NCBI GenBank assembly: GCA_977017575.1
Contig: CDRNVI010000044.1
Span: forward strand, 558,001 to 622,000
Length of the DNA: 64,000 nucleotides
DNA from: Paramoeba atlantica
Taxonomy: Eukaryota; Protista; Discosea
Reading direction: 5' to 3'
The position numbers and the translations under genes were made by a program. The notes beneath the pieces were generated by a model that saw nothing but the letters and a program-made list of their open reading frames with translations, was not told the DNA's origin and made no database searches. Shown here in pieces: positions 1 through 11,285 of the stretch. Position 1 is the stretch's first letter, and every line of letters starts with the position of its first letter.

Positions 1-100
1 AGGCAAGCGAATAAAACCGTTTTGAGCTTTGATCGTCGACTAGAAGTCCGCGTGAAGTACAAAAGAAAAAAAATGGATAAGTGGCAATAGTCTATAGAAA

Positions 101-981
101 ATGTGCGGTCAATGGTCCAGAAGTAGTGGACGAGCAGATGGGCATATTCCATCAAATTTTATGAAGTTTCTCATTTCGCACAAGGTTGTGCACGAAGAAG
201 TTTGCTCTGAGCATAGAGCGAGTGGAACACCAGGAAAGACAAACCCTATGCTAAACATATGCTGGAAAAGCAAGGGCAACAATAAGTGTCGGAAGCGCCT
301 TCCTCGTCTTTCACCGTATTTTTCTTCAAAGCAAAAACGAGCCAAAGAAAAATTCTTGTTCTGGATTAAGATCTGCCAAAAAGTTGATGCCCAAGCATCT
401 GCTTCGCAACTTTGCGTCAATAGGAACACAATAACAGAGTGGAAGCGTGAACTGTTGCGCTGGGTGTGGAAGTCTTCAAAGGTGCAGAATGAGACTGTCT
501 TTTTTTCTCGATGTGCGGTGGATGAAACATTTTGCTTTAAGCGGAAGTATAATGCGGGGCGAAGTCAATCCTTTTGGACTCGAAGTCAATCCTTTTGAAT
601 GCTCACAATCACTGGAATAGCGCGCGGAGGTGGTTGCACTTCGACAATATGGTACCGCGTGGCGAAAAGGGACGCTGTAACACTGCAAAATCTAGTGAAA
701 AAACACACTGTGCAGAGTAAAAGAACAGTAGTGTGCACCGATGGATGGCGTGCTATAGAGGCCTGGGCGATACAGTGCGACATCGAACTGTGAACCATTC
801 CAGAAGCGGAAAATACCGGTTTGTCACAGAGGAGGGGGTGCACACGAATCATGCAGAATCAGCTCTCTCGTCGGTGAAGCGCTCAGTCCGAAGGCAAGGA
901 AGGTTGTCTATGAAGCCGAGAGAAGCAGAGAAATGCATTGCCCTATATACACTTTGGTTCAAAAGAACCAAAGTTTCATGA
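101..981 (+). mobile_element. Merlin (IS1595/ISXO2-like DDE) transposase pseudogene
   Basis: Three ORF pieces join into one transposase: VDET..KRKYNAGR, RDAVTL, TDGW, TVNHS, GVHTNHAE. Broken by an in-frame TGA at 596-598, a 21-bp duplication (560-597) and a frameshift near 755. Confidence 0.85.
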
Positions 982-1462
982 ATCTGTGAAGGAATATGTG
1001 AAGTGAGTGGGGTTTTAAGGAGTGTTGTTAAGTTAAGGAGTGTGAATTAGGATGTATGGTGAAGACGTGGTCAATTTTTATGATTTTCATAATTATTTGT
1101 GACAATTCATAAGTATTTGTGACAGAAGTCAAGTCCCAAGGAGGTTTGTACTCGAAAATACGGTATAAAACAAAGTTTTGTGTTAAAAGATGAAATTATG
1201 TCTGAAAAATGCATGATCAGGTTTTTTTATATTTTTTTAGGAGTGGGTGCAATATAACCCGTCTGTAGCCAAAAACATTTATGTTTGAGGCAATAAATCA
1301 CTAAGGAATACTTTACTACACAGAAAAAAATATTTAAAATATTATCTGTCACTCTTCAATTCTCGAAAACGCTAGGCGAAAAATATAATTTTTCAATATA
1401 TAGCACGAAAAAAATATAGTGCTATAAAGTACTACTCCTTCTCTCATTGATTTTCATAAATA

Positions 1463-2211
1463 CAGTGGTGATTAGCGTCTTTTACCCCCCCCTACAGGTC
1501 TTGTATTTTGTCCGATTTTGGAAACATTTGGTATACCACCGTTTTTCGACCCAATCGTTCCGAATCCGAGGTCCTTTTTACTCGAGCGATCCCCTACCCC
1601 CCTAGCCAGGTAGGGGTCAAAAAAGCTAATTACAACTTTTTTGGGTGCACTTTTGCGAATGTTTCGGATGAAGAACAGTAGTAAAGTAAGTCAGAAGACG
1701 CGGAAAAGGAGTGCAAAGTAACCCCTAGTATTTAGTCATATACCCTTTGGCCTTCTTGACCAAGAGTAGACGCTTACTACATTCCCGGAAGATATTCTCA
1801 AGCGTTTCCGGTTGATCTTTAGAAAAAAACGAAAAGTTTCAATGATGGACCCGGAGTTAAATTTATGGAGTTTTGCGACTGCCTTATAGGACTTAAGTCG
1901 GTTGTATTCGATCACGAGTGCCGTGCGCATCTCGGGGCGCACGAGAGAGTAAGGTAAACACAGGGAGCGGTGCTCCTTCCTCATGAATCACCAAAAAATG
2001 TATAGATCTTAAAAAAATGTACTCCGTAAAAAAAGATCGGAGTTTTTTGCAGCTTTTTTTTTCAGTTTAGGAATGATACAGGTGTCCACGAGTGAAAAGG
2101 ACCTCGGATTCGGAACGATTGGGTCGAAAAACAGTCCCACACATTTTGTTTTTCCAAAATCGAGCAAAATACAACACCTGTAGCGGGGGTAAAAGACGCT
2201 GAACACCACTG
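1463..2211. mobile_element. Non-autonomous Tc1/mariner-type element (MITE), 749 bp, with ~122-bp TIRs
   Basis: TA|CAGTGGTG at 1461-1470 and CACCACTG|TA at 2204-2213. Arms 1463-1584 and 2089-2211 are reverse complements with scattered mismatches. Internal ORF 1736-1984 may be an HTH remnant. Confidence 0.85.
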
Positions 2212-3342
2212 TATAAATTACAACGAAAAAGAAAATTAATATTTATAATTATAAAAATCGATGAGAATGCTTTCCAAAGATACCGGAAACCCGCCAGTAA
2301 GCGACCCCCGGTAAGAGAGATTGACTCGGGAGGCTGGCTGGTCCCGCGGGGCTGAGCGGGCGGGGGCTGGACGGGTAAGAGTGGGTGAGCGGGGTGAGGG
2401 TTATTGGGAAGGCTGTGATGGCTGTGGTACGAAGTTGTCTGGACTGAAAATCAATTTCTCTAAGGCCTTGAGCGTCACACACGTCCAGTTAAAATTTGGC
2501 CTTTGCAGGTGCATTACCAGAACAGGTTGAAGAAGTATCTAACGAAACCAAAGCGCATCAGGGCCCAAACTCCCCAAATACGCTCGAGGAGTTAATTTGA
2601 GATTCTTTTATTTTCACCCACGAATTTTCAGGTTTTCATTTCGAAAACTCACCTGACACGAAATCATGCCACAAATCGGGCACGACGAATTAACCTACGG
2701 TATCGAGGGAATAGTGCCTCCCTCAATATTTTTAAGCATGTCGTGAAAGCCTTGTGCGAACAGAATTAAATTAATTAATTTCACAATTTTTATAATTTTT
2801 TTTTCGAAAATTCTGTCTTGCCATTTATATAAATCAATGAGAGACAGAGTATATTTATAGTTTTTGAAGTTTTTCGAACCCCTGAGAAAATAGCATACCT
2901 AAAGAGGATTTGTAACCTAAAGAGGATTTGTTGAGACAAATTGAAAGGGAACTCTGCCGTGTGTTGATAGTTTGCCTCACTGCTATCACCAAATATACCG
3001 CACACAATCTGAATGCGCGTAGCATGTACTATGTACCACTATATTGTAATGGTATTATTGTGCCGCCTAAACAAAGCGGACCAAGTGAGTCCACTTTTGG
3101 CCCACATTGCGTCCAGAGTATCGTACTTGCTGTATTCAGAAAATGTAAGTAGGCAGTGAAATACATGTCGTAGGACTTTAAAGGCACTCTTGATTTTCAA
3201 ATTCATAGCAACCAAGTAGAAACCAAACAACAAAAAGAACACGTAAGTTACGAATCGTAGTGTACAATTTTCTTCACGCTCAGTGCATCGTCCAGAAAGT
3301 TTATTAATTGAAATAGTTAATTGAAAGTTTATTAATTGAATC

Positions 3343-3816
3343 TTAAGGCGGAGGAGTCTTGGATTGTTTTTCCAACCCGTCGCTCAAACATATGACATTT
3401 GGGAGATCCTGACTCGAGATTCTGTTCTGTACCTCATCGGACCCCACGCTGCGACTGGGGAGAGGTGACGGTGAACACCCCAATCGTGCTCTCTCTTCGA
3501 GCTTCTGCTTTCCCCCTCCGTCAATAAAATATCGAGGATTGGGACACCGCGGGGCTTGGCACATAGTAGGGGCGCATGGAATCCATATTCCGGGTGCGCG
3601 GAACTTGTGCCCACACCAACACTCCCACTCTTTCTCCTGGAATTGTGAGGAAAGGGACTGGAGAGTCTTTTGAAATGGGCTCTCCGTTATTGTGAAGTTG
3701 GTTGAGGGAGATGGCGATTGCTTGTGGCTACTGTTACCGGTAGTGGTGAGATAATGGTAACGGAATCGTAGTCTTTGTTTCAATTTCCAGTCTGATAAAG
3801 TTTTTAAAAAGTTCAT
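3343..3816 (-). CDS. Hypothetical protein with Cys cluster (WECWCGH..C..C..C), possibly mitochondrial
   Basis: 157-aa ATG ORF on the cluster strand. Basic, presequence-like N-terminus. Confidence 0.5.
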   Translation of the reverse strand: MNFLKTLSDWKLKQRLRFRYHYLTTTGNSSHKQSPSPSTNFTITESPFQKTLQSLSSQFQEKEWECWCGHKFRAPGIWIPCAPTMCQAPRCPNPRYFIDGGGKQKLEERARLGCSPSPLPSRSVGSDEVQNRISSQDLPNVICLSDGLEKQSKTPPP

Positions 3817-4077
3817 GGGTACGACATACTAACACGAAAAAATTGAAAAAATGGGATACTTTGATAAGAATTGATAAACCCTAATTATAGAAGTCGAGTT
3901 GCAGCTTCAGATGGGATTCCTTAGCTAAAGAATAGGATGTTTCGACAGGATCGTGAAATAATTTTAGAGTACGTATACAAAATGCCTCGCTTAAGTAAGA
4001 AACTACATAATGAAAAATAGACTTCCAGTGTGAACTCTGTATCACTAAAAATGCTCATTGCGTAGTAAATAAGAAAA

Positions 4078-5205
4078 TTATCGAGGCTTCGCACTCAGAG
4101 GCAGAAGGATTCTAGACGGTGTAAATTTTTCAAGGATGTCCTTCCGACGTTGAATTAAATAATCCCGAGGATTCGCACAAGAATCTGACTGTGTCTTCTT
4201 AAGTATTCCAAAGTCCTTTCGCGCCGCGAAATAAGTAAAATAACTCTTCCCCTGTGATTTTGTTTCTGTCATGTCTTCCCCACCTTTTAATCGAACATGG
4301 TTTTTTACCTGAACAAATCCAACAGCTTCTAACAATTCAATGAATTCATTGGGATTTTGAATTCGACTTGTAACCTCACATATTAACAGACGTCCAGCTT
4401 TTGACTTAGGACTACGTGGCTTAAGAACACGATATGCTTCAATGAGACTATCCAAGAAATTTTCTCCCATCAGGGAAAGGCAAAATACAACAACATGCAT
4501 GCTATTCTCCTTCAAGGGAAGATTGCTACAATCCGCAATTTCAATAAAGGGTTTTAAAGCTACGTAATCAAAACTGTGAACTACCATATTCTCTATGTGT
4601 AGTGGTGGTCCAATTTTTCCTTCACCTCCGAAACTTTCGTGCGAAGTGTTCTCAGCATTCCGGGACTCGTCAGTGAGCGACATTTTATTGACTTTCATGT
4701 GCAAAAGTTCCGCCAATCGCCCAGTACCGCAACCGAGATCTGCAACGGCGAAATCAGCGGACTTTGGCTTCACTTTCGCGCCTGTTCCGTGTTTACCTTC
4801 TAAAAAATGGCGATACTGCCGATATAAAATTTCTACAAAGCTTACGATAGGGAGTAGTGGATCTTGTGGCCATTGCCCCCGTTGATGTTCGTATCCTTCG
4901 TGATAAACATTGTACAAAGAAGGGTCTTTGCGAAACATTTTAAAGCTACTTTTAGTAGATTGATTGTAGAGAAGTTCGTTGAGGTTTCGAAATCGGCTTC
5001 CTTGTAGGTGCTCTTGCAGGTATTGTATGCAATTTCCAGAATCTTGCCTTGGCAGTCTCGTAGCAGCAACGACTTTTTTAGCAACTTTTGACTGCGAAGA
5101 AAATTGTGCAACTTTCGATTTAAAATTCTTTTTCCCTTGCTTTATTTTCGGGTCTTGGCTCACGTCCTTTTTCTTCTCACGCCTTTTGATATTCCATAAA
5201 CACAT
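4078..5205 (-). CDS. RRP8: rRNA-processing methyltransferase Rrp8/NML
   Basis: LQGSRFRNLNELLY, YHEGY..Q...WP..P, VADLGCG, VHSFD, VFCLSLMG, EAYRVLK motifs. First ATG at 5205. Confidence 0.92.
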   Translation of the reverse strand: MCLWNIKRREKKKDVSQDPKIKQGKKNFKSKVAQFSSQSKVAKKVVAATRLPRQDSGNCIQYLQEHLQGSRFRNLNELLYNQSTKSSFKMFRKDPSLYNVYHEGYEHQRGQWPQDPLLPIVSFVEILYRQYRHFLEGKHGTGAKVKPKSADFAVADLGCGTGRLAELLHMKVNKMSLTDESRNAENTSHESFGGEGKIGPPLHIENMVVHSFDYVALKPFIEIADCSNLPLKENSMHVVVFCLSLMGENFLDSLIEAYRVLKPRSPKSKAGRLLICEVTSRIQNPNEFIELLEAVGFVQVKNHVRLKGGEDMTETKSQGKSYFTYFAARKDFGILKKTQSDSCANPRDYLIQRRKDILEKFTPSRILLPLSAKPR

Positions 5206-5427
5206 GACACAAGTGAAGGGACAGAAAGTATTCAAAAAATAGAATATAAAACCATGGCATCTACGGAATTTACTTTATCCATTCATACTTAAATTTCTAT
5301 AAACCATTCGCTTTTTTTGTGGTACAACTGAGAAAACCTTTCATCATACGATGTATGCGGTATCAAATGGTTGAGCACAATATCTCAAGGTGTGTGCTAA
5401 AGTATTAAACGAGCAGATACGTTTTTT

Positions 5428-5823
5428 TCAAGAAGAATCCTGTGTGTCTTCCACTTCCAAAAAAGTTGGCACCTCCTGTGCATCTCCAGCACATTGTTTG
5501 GCCCACCACAGTCGTCGCATCATGGTTGTCTCATCATTACGCGCTACACTAGGATATACGCACATGCCGAAATAATTTCCCAAGACGGCTCCGGCTGTGC
5601 TTCCCGCGACAAACATGGCAAGTCCCACCAACCTAGTGTTGCGTCGGGGATACAACGCATAATAGGAACTTAGAGAACCCAGTGCGACGGAAGTAACGGC
5701 CGAGACGTTGAGCTGTTTGCGTCGTATGGCTCTTTGCTGTCCCCAGATATTGCCATGTGTCTCAAAATTTCGAAGATCCTCCTTGGTCATGGGAGGCAGC
5801 TCGGCCACAAGGGTGCGAGTCAT
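5428..5823 (-). CDS. Small membrane protein with two Gly/Ala-rich hydrophobic segments
   Basis: 131-aa ORF with two TM-like helices and a RRLWWAKQC tail. Family not recognised. Confidence 0.6.
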   Translation of the reverse strand: MTRTLVAELPPMTKEDLRNFETHGNIWGQQRAIRRKQLNVSAVTSVALGSLSSYYALYPRRNTRLVGLAMFVAGSTAGAVLGNYFGMCVYPSVARNDETTMMRRLWWAKQCAGDAQEVPTFLEVEDTQDSS

Positions 5824-6219
5824 ATTTTTATAAGACGAACTGATCCGTAGACTATGAAAATACAACAGAAAAGACTTGTTCTGTGTAATATGACTCTAAT
5901 TTAGCGTTTGCACTGTCTGTGCGCGTTCTCCACATAAACTTCCTTACCCTCAACGTTGGATTTTGATAAATAAAATCGTATTAAAGGGGTTACAAATTTT
6001 AGAATCTAAGTTATTAATCTACTGCCTATAATGCTGTAACATAGCCCAGCAATCTTACATACATCTAGCGGCCTACTTCATATGAGTTACCTATTTACTA
6101 CCTATCCCAGTGAGGATTCTCACTTTCAGGACCTCTTTCCGTCACAGCAATGAGCCACTCTCGCTCTTTCCCCTTATTTCTACAAAAATTTGTAGAAACC
6201 CCAGCTTTCCACCCTTTCT

Positions 6220-7287
6220 TCACAACCATGACCTCCCCCCTTCCCGTGCACTCACCGGCCGCAGCACCTGAAACGAACACACCATCTCCTCATCCATACA
6301 CAACATCGCGGCGGCGTTATCAAACTCCCCACAGTAATTCGGGGCGCTAAACACCGTCACCAGCCGCCGCTCACTAAAAAACTGGTACCCATCCTGCACC
6401 ACCTGGTGGGCTCGACAAATCAAATCCAGCTCATGTTCCCTACAAAACCCCTCCACCACGTCCTCCCCGAAGGTGTAACTCACCCCGCGGTCATTCTCCC
6501 CCCACCCGCTCGTCCCCTCCTCCGGATCCGACCACAGCAAATCACACAACAACCCGCGATCGGGGATATCCGTCGGGCGGAGTATCGAATTCAACTGGGT
6601 GGCTAAATCATGATTACGGTTTCTTATTTTCTCTGTGTGGATGTTTGTCGTGTTGGTGGGGTCCCCCCCGCCCGCCCCCACCATCTCCGGGCTCAGCCCC
6701 CCGTGCATACACAGCACCCTCCCCTCCACCCACGCCACCACGGGCATCGTGTTGAACGTGTCCGTGAACACCTTCCACAGCCGCACGCTGTACCGCCGCT
6801 TGCACTCCTCGAAGAACCCGTAGATCCGGTTGATACTCGCGCTCTCGTGATTCCCTCTTAGCAGGAAAATATTTTCCGGGTATTTGATTTTGTACACGAA
6901 TAGGAGACACAGGGTCTCGAGGGACTGCTTGCCGCGGTCGACGTAGTCCCCGAGGAAGAGGTAGTTCGTGGTGTCGGGGTAGCCCCCGATCTCGAACAAC
7001 CGGAGCAGGTCGCGGTACTGGCCGTGGATGTCGCCGCAGATTTTTATCGGGGCGTGGAGCTCGAGGAGGACGGGCTGGGCCAGGAAGATCTCGCGCGCGG
7101 TGAGGGCGAGGGCGTGGATTTCGGATTCGAGAAGGTTGACTTGCTTGCCGGGGCGTCGACCACGGACCTCGAGGAGTTTGGAGAGGAGGGTGTCGAGGTC
7201 GGGGAGGGTGGGGTAGGAGGGAGAGGGGGAGGGGGGGTGGTCGGGGGAAGGGGGTGGGGAGAGGGTGGAGGGGGGTGGAAGGGACAT
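6220..7287 (-). CDS. PP1: Ser/Thr protein phosphatase PP1 catalytic subunit
   Basis: [36 protein letters not shown] and SAPNYC motifs. Has a Pro-rich N-terminus and a ~20-aa insertion after HGGLSP. Confidence 0.97.
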   Translation of the reverse strand: MSLPPPSTLSPPPSPDHPPSPSPSYPTLPDLDTLLSKLLEVRGRRPGKQVNLLESEIHALALTAREIFLAQPVLLELHAPIKICGDIHGQYRDLLRLFEIGGYPDTTNYLFLGDYVDRGKQSLETLCLLFVYKIKYPENIFLLRGNHESASINRIYGFFEECKRRYSVRLWKVFTDTFNTMPVVAWVEGRVLCMHGGLSPEMVGAGGGDPTNTTNIHTEKIRNRNHDLATQLNSILRPTDIPDRGLLCDLLWSDPEEGTSGWGENDRGVSYTFGEDVVEGFCREHELDLICRAHQVVQDGYQFFSERRLVTVFSAPNYCGEFDNAAAMLCMDEEMVCSFQVLRPVSAREGGRSWL

Positions 7288-7485
7288 TTGTTTCGTTTTT
7301 TTGTGTGTGTTTGTGTGTCTCAGGGAAGGTTAGTGGTTCATTTTGGGGTGGGTAGTGTGGTGGGGAAACGTTTAGCGTAGAAAAGAGGGAAAAAAGAGAA
7401 GAGAGGAAGGGTGGAAAAGAGGATGTGGTTAAGGACGGGAGGTGGAATAGAAATGTAAGAAAGGAAAATGAGAGTGGCGTAGAGT

Positions 7486-7525
7486 AAAGAGGTGTAATTT
7501 GTGAATAGGGTGGCTAAGCATAGAG
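7486..7525 (+). repeat. ~39-bp direct repeat, copy 1 (copy 2 at 9949-9987)
   Basis: aagaggtg(t/c)aatttgtgaatagggtggctaagcatagag, one mismatch, followed by ~25 bp of weaker similarity. Confidence 0.9.
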
Positions 7526-7763
7526 TCCGGAGTGGGTCGATCTAATAAAATAAGCAGGGATCGCGGATATTTTAAAAGTTTAAATTATTGTTTAAATTAT
7601 ATACTGTTTAAATTATATGTGCTTGGCGGAATCGCCATTTTTTCACCCAAAATACTTCAATGTTTTTTCGAGTTCAGCGATTTTACGATCCTTCTAGATC
7701 GGTATTGACGAAAGAGAAGACATTGACTTATAATAAGTCAATGGGTTATAACAATAATCAATG

Positions 7764-7796
7764 GGCTTGGTGCAAATAAGCTATTTGCACCAAGCC
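7764..7796. repeat. Perfect 15-bp hairpin with 3-nt loop
   Basis: ggcttggtgcaaata-agc-tatttgcaccaagcc. Confidence 0.9.
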
Positions 7797-7982
7797 ATTT
7801 GGGGACATTTATAGAAGTAAGTACATTTATAGAAGTTCCAGGGCTCAAATTGTGGTACACCAGACTGACAAACGTGTGGCACACTTTTGGAGTTCGGTAG
7901 CGTATCGATCGAAGGAAAGTCAATGAATATTGCATAAGCCGTAAATTGTGTTATTTAAATAACACAAAAGAAATAACTTAAT

Positions 7983-8013
7983 AAACAAAAGAAATAACTT
8001 ATTTCTTTTGTTT
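7983..8013. repeat. Perfect 15-bp inverted repeat preceded by a direct copy of one arm
   Basis: aaacaaaagaaataa-c-ttatttcttttgttt. Direct copy acaaaagaaataactta at 7964-7980. Confidence 0.9.
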
Positions 8014-8039
8014 CATGCCTCACCGTCTTCACTGGTTTT

Positions 8040-8523
8040 GTGCGGCTTGCGACGATTGAGTATCTGTCTTTCACCAATTTTGGGGACGTGAGTGAAGAAA
8101 TCCTAGCTCGTTGGTTGCGGAATCATCGGCTTGTGGCACAACTGGTCTGGTGTACGAAAAAAAGTACCATGGAAATAAGGAGTTATCTTGCGTCTGCGAT
8201 GGAGAGTTTTGGTATTCCCCTGACCTGGAGACCAAAGGTTGCCGGGATCGGTACAGTATCACCTTTTTAGCCCCTTTTGGAACCCCCTGTTAGCCAGAAG
8301 AGCAAACGGGGCATCAAAGATACTTTACAGATCCTATAGGCTCAAGGAATAGCAAGCAAGCATCCCATGAATCCTGTGATCTTTGTTCGGTATCTGAAAA
8401 AGACGGACGCAGCCACTATGACAGCACATGTCCGACACCTCGCCAAAAACTATCGAACCCAAATCAAAAAAGATCGCCAAATCCGTATTTTTCAAAGCAA
8501 CCCAGTCGTAAACTACGTAAAAT
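8040..8523 (+). mobile_element. Second, highly decayed Merlin-like transposase remnant
   Basis: Across frames: EEILARWLRNHRLVAQ, CDGEFWY..GCRDRYSI, KKTDAATMTAHVRH. The last matches KRDAVTLQNLVKKH in the 101-981 copy. Confidence 0.5.
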
Positions 8524-9062
8524 AGAAAAGAAATCAAATAAAAAGCTCTCCTCATGCGGCGGAGAGGTTTCCTTTTCTATTTCGGCATGGGAGTGTAGGG
8601 GGGACGGTGGTAGTTGTGGGGTATGGAGGCCTCTCGCAGCTCCGGGACCTTACCGGGAACAGGACAGAAGTGATTCTTGACTTATGCAATATTTCTTGAC
8701 TTATGCAATATTCCTTTACTTTGGCCGACAACAAATGAACGAACTAAATGAGAAATTGAAAGCACGAATGGCCTTTATTTCAGCCTCAAAAGATGAGCTG
8801 ATGAAATACAAGTAAATTTTAGTATTTGGAGTGCCCTTCAAAACATCTAAAGTTTTGGGGAAAAAAGGGTGATTTGACCAAAGTACTTTATAATAACTTC
8901 ATTTTTTTAGAGAACATTATTTTACTGAGCATAGTCTCTTATTTACTGTCTCATTCATCTTGCCTTTCCTATGGATCAACTCAGCGGAGGAAAGTTCTGC
9001 AAGGATTTTTTCGTTGAAATGAAGAGCACAGAAGGAGAGAATCAAATAGCAGAGTGTAAGTT

Positions 9063-9570
9063 GTGTCCTCAGGATGGACATTCAGGAAGAACATTCAGTA
9101 TGGCGTAGGTACTCCGAACGGATGTCACCACGTAATTCTCCAAAGTCGAGAAGATTTTCGATCTGACCCTGAGCGAATTCTAATGACCGTCGACGTTACA
9201 AATGCCTTCAACTGTCTTGATCGCAATTCTATAGGAGAAGCGCTAAAACCCGGGACAAAGTTTGAAAAATTGTTAGGGTACTTCTATTTCTGTTATACAA
9301 CGCCCGAAACTCTCCTTGTTCAGGATAAAGTTGTTATCCACAGCGCCCGTGGCGTCCGAAAAGGTGACCCTCTGGGGCCTCTCTTGTTCGCACTTGGAAT
9401 CCAGCATGTCTTTCAGGAGGTGGCCACACGTTTCGAAAACCAAATCAGTATGCGAGCTTATCTCGACGACATCACCTTACTGGGTCTCCCCGACCACGGA
9501 CACGCGGCGCTCACATTTCTATCGGCATCTCTCAAGAAGATCGCACTACAAATCAATAAGTCCAAGTACG
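9063..9570 (+). mobile_element. Reverse transcriptase core fragment, CRE/SLACS/CZAR-like non-LTR retrotransposon (truncated)
   Basis: QYGVG, DVTNAFN.LDR, S.RGVRKGDPLGPLLF (usual Q is K), AYLDD, LQINKSK. The rest of the ORF to 9935 looks unrelated. Confidence 0.85.
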
Positions 9571-9948
9571 AAGCTCGTCCCAATCCAAGCAGTTATGAAA
9601 GGCTTTTTGGAGATGCAGGACAAAATCTCAGTTTCGGAACTCCCCGCCCTGGAGACCCAAATAATAGAGGGAGCGACAGAACTCAGCGTGGAATGAAAGT
9701 AAAAAATTCAAGGCAGAAGGGAAAAAAATACTTCGTACTGTACACGTACTGTAATAAACGTCTTCAGGTCCGGGCAACGCCGTTTTTTCTTCATCTTTTC
9801 ATTTCCCTATACCTGTCACAATGTCCCTCAGCTATTCTTTTGACATGCCTACCACTTCTGCAAATATTTCACTCGAGTCGCTTTCCTCACATTCCATATG
9901 TGACTCAACACGACGTGTCTACGACGAAAAATTAGAGCTCTTGGAGAG

Positions 9949-9987
9949 AAGAGGTGCAATTTGTGAATAGGGTGGCTAAGCATAGAG
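9949..9987 (+). repeat. ~39-bp direct repeat, copy 2
   Basis: Matches 7486-7525. Confidence 0.9.
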
Positions 9988-10034
9988 CCTGGAATAGGTG
10001 TATCCATTAAAGCATCCACATTGCATGGTCATGC

Positions 10035-11285
10035 TTAAGCTAAAAAATCTAAGGACAATTCGCAAAGTTCGAATTTGGGCATCTGCTTCGGACGTACATG
10101 TAACTGACGCAAAAGAGCTTGGAACTGAGGCCAAAGAGTGACGCCAAAATGATGTAAATTGGCATCAACGACGTAGCACACATTCTCCGCGAGACTAGAG
10201 TTTTTTCTTTGCAAAACTTGTGCTGTATACTGACGTGCGAGGTAAGAACATTCATGCAGAATTTGTTTTCTCAAGTGGTTGGCTCGAATCCAGACAGGCA
10301 GATTTCCGATTAATGTTGCTAGTTTGGCAAGGAATATATCAAGCTGTATTAAGTGTTCCGAGACATAAAGGCTTCTTGTGCGATCACTAAGAATACCATT
10401 TTTTGTAAATCGCAACGCTTTGGCATTTTCCGCGTTTCCAGATTGCATGTAGGGTTTAAGAACATTGGATATCCAATCGTCTGTATGTTTTCTTAAAAGT
10501 TCCGTGAAATGCGCTTTATTTTCGCAGTCAAAAAGACTGTGCGGAATAAACGGTGATGCGTCAGGTAAGAAGTCGCTTTCTATAATCTTTAACGATTGCA
10601 TGCAGGTAGAATATTGCGGCAAGCAAGTGGCCTCCAAAAGTATAGGAAGCAAACGAGCAAACGCCTTCGCAAGTTCGTTCATTAGCCAACATTTTCCTTC
10701 CTGTACGAAAGCAAAGCTCTCCACTCCAAAAATGCGCTCATACACTTCTTTCATGTTTAGGAAACCAGCAGTAAAAATACCAGCTAACGCTTCTGCCTGA
10801 TCAGTAGGCGAAGCTAATAAACTGTGGAATAGTTCTGCGTTCACAAATTGGCTCAAGCAATGCGTTTTTGAAAGGAATAACGCTTTTCGTGCGTTTTCGT
10901 ACATACCAAGACCGACGACTACACGCAATAAATCATCCGGTACGGCCCCCCAATGCCTTAACTCTCGATCGAGAAAATTCTGCACTATTTCTTGCACCCG
11001 ATATGCGCATAACGAATCGGTACGTTGGCGTTCTGTTATCCAACTGTAAACTTCCAAAAAATTACAGTTGGGTTGATGTAACATCTCCTGCAATTCTATT
11101 TCTTGAATATACGACGCGTGATGCAAATTGGTTCGCTCCTCTTCACCTCCGCCCTGCTCTAACAACCTTAAGCGTTCCGCATCAATGGCAAACCTTTTGG
11201 TTCCTTCATCTATGTTTTCGAGTCTCCAACTAAGCTCCAGGAGACTTTGGCGAAACTTTTCAAACGAGTTTCCAGTTTCTTCCAT
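10035..11285 (-). CDS. Hypothetical helical protein, 416 aa
   Basis: Long ATG ORF on the cluster strand. No motif recognised. Confidence 0.75.
   Translation of the reverse strand: MEETGNSFEKFRQSLLELSWRLENIDEGTKRFAIDAERLRLLEQGGGEEERTNLHHASYIQEIELQEMLHQPNCNFLEVYSWITERQRTDSLCAYRVQEIVQNFLDRELRHWGAVPDDLLRVVVGLGMYENARKALFLSKTHCLSQFVNAELFHSLLASPTDQAEALAGIFTAGFLNMKEVYERIFGVESFAFVQEGKCWLMNELAKAFARLLPILLEATCLPQYSTCMQSLKIIESDFLPDASPFIPHSLFDCENKAHFTELLRKHTDDWISNVLKPYMQSGNAENAKALRFTKNGILSDRTRSLYVSEHLIQLDIFLAKLATLIGNLPVWIRANHLRKQILHECSYLARQYTAQVLQRKNSSLAENVCYVVDANLHHFGVTLWPQFQALLRQLHVRPKQMPKFELCELSLDFLA

Noticed and set aside
596-598. In-frame TGA at a likely Trp position, suggesting a reassigned code
   Set aside because: PP1 and other genes end in TGA, TAA and TAG are also used as stops, and the element has other lesions. 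Standard code fits.
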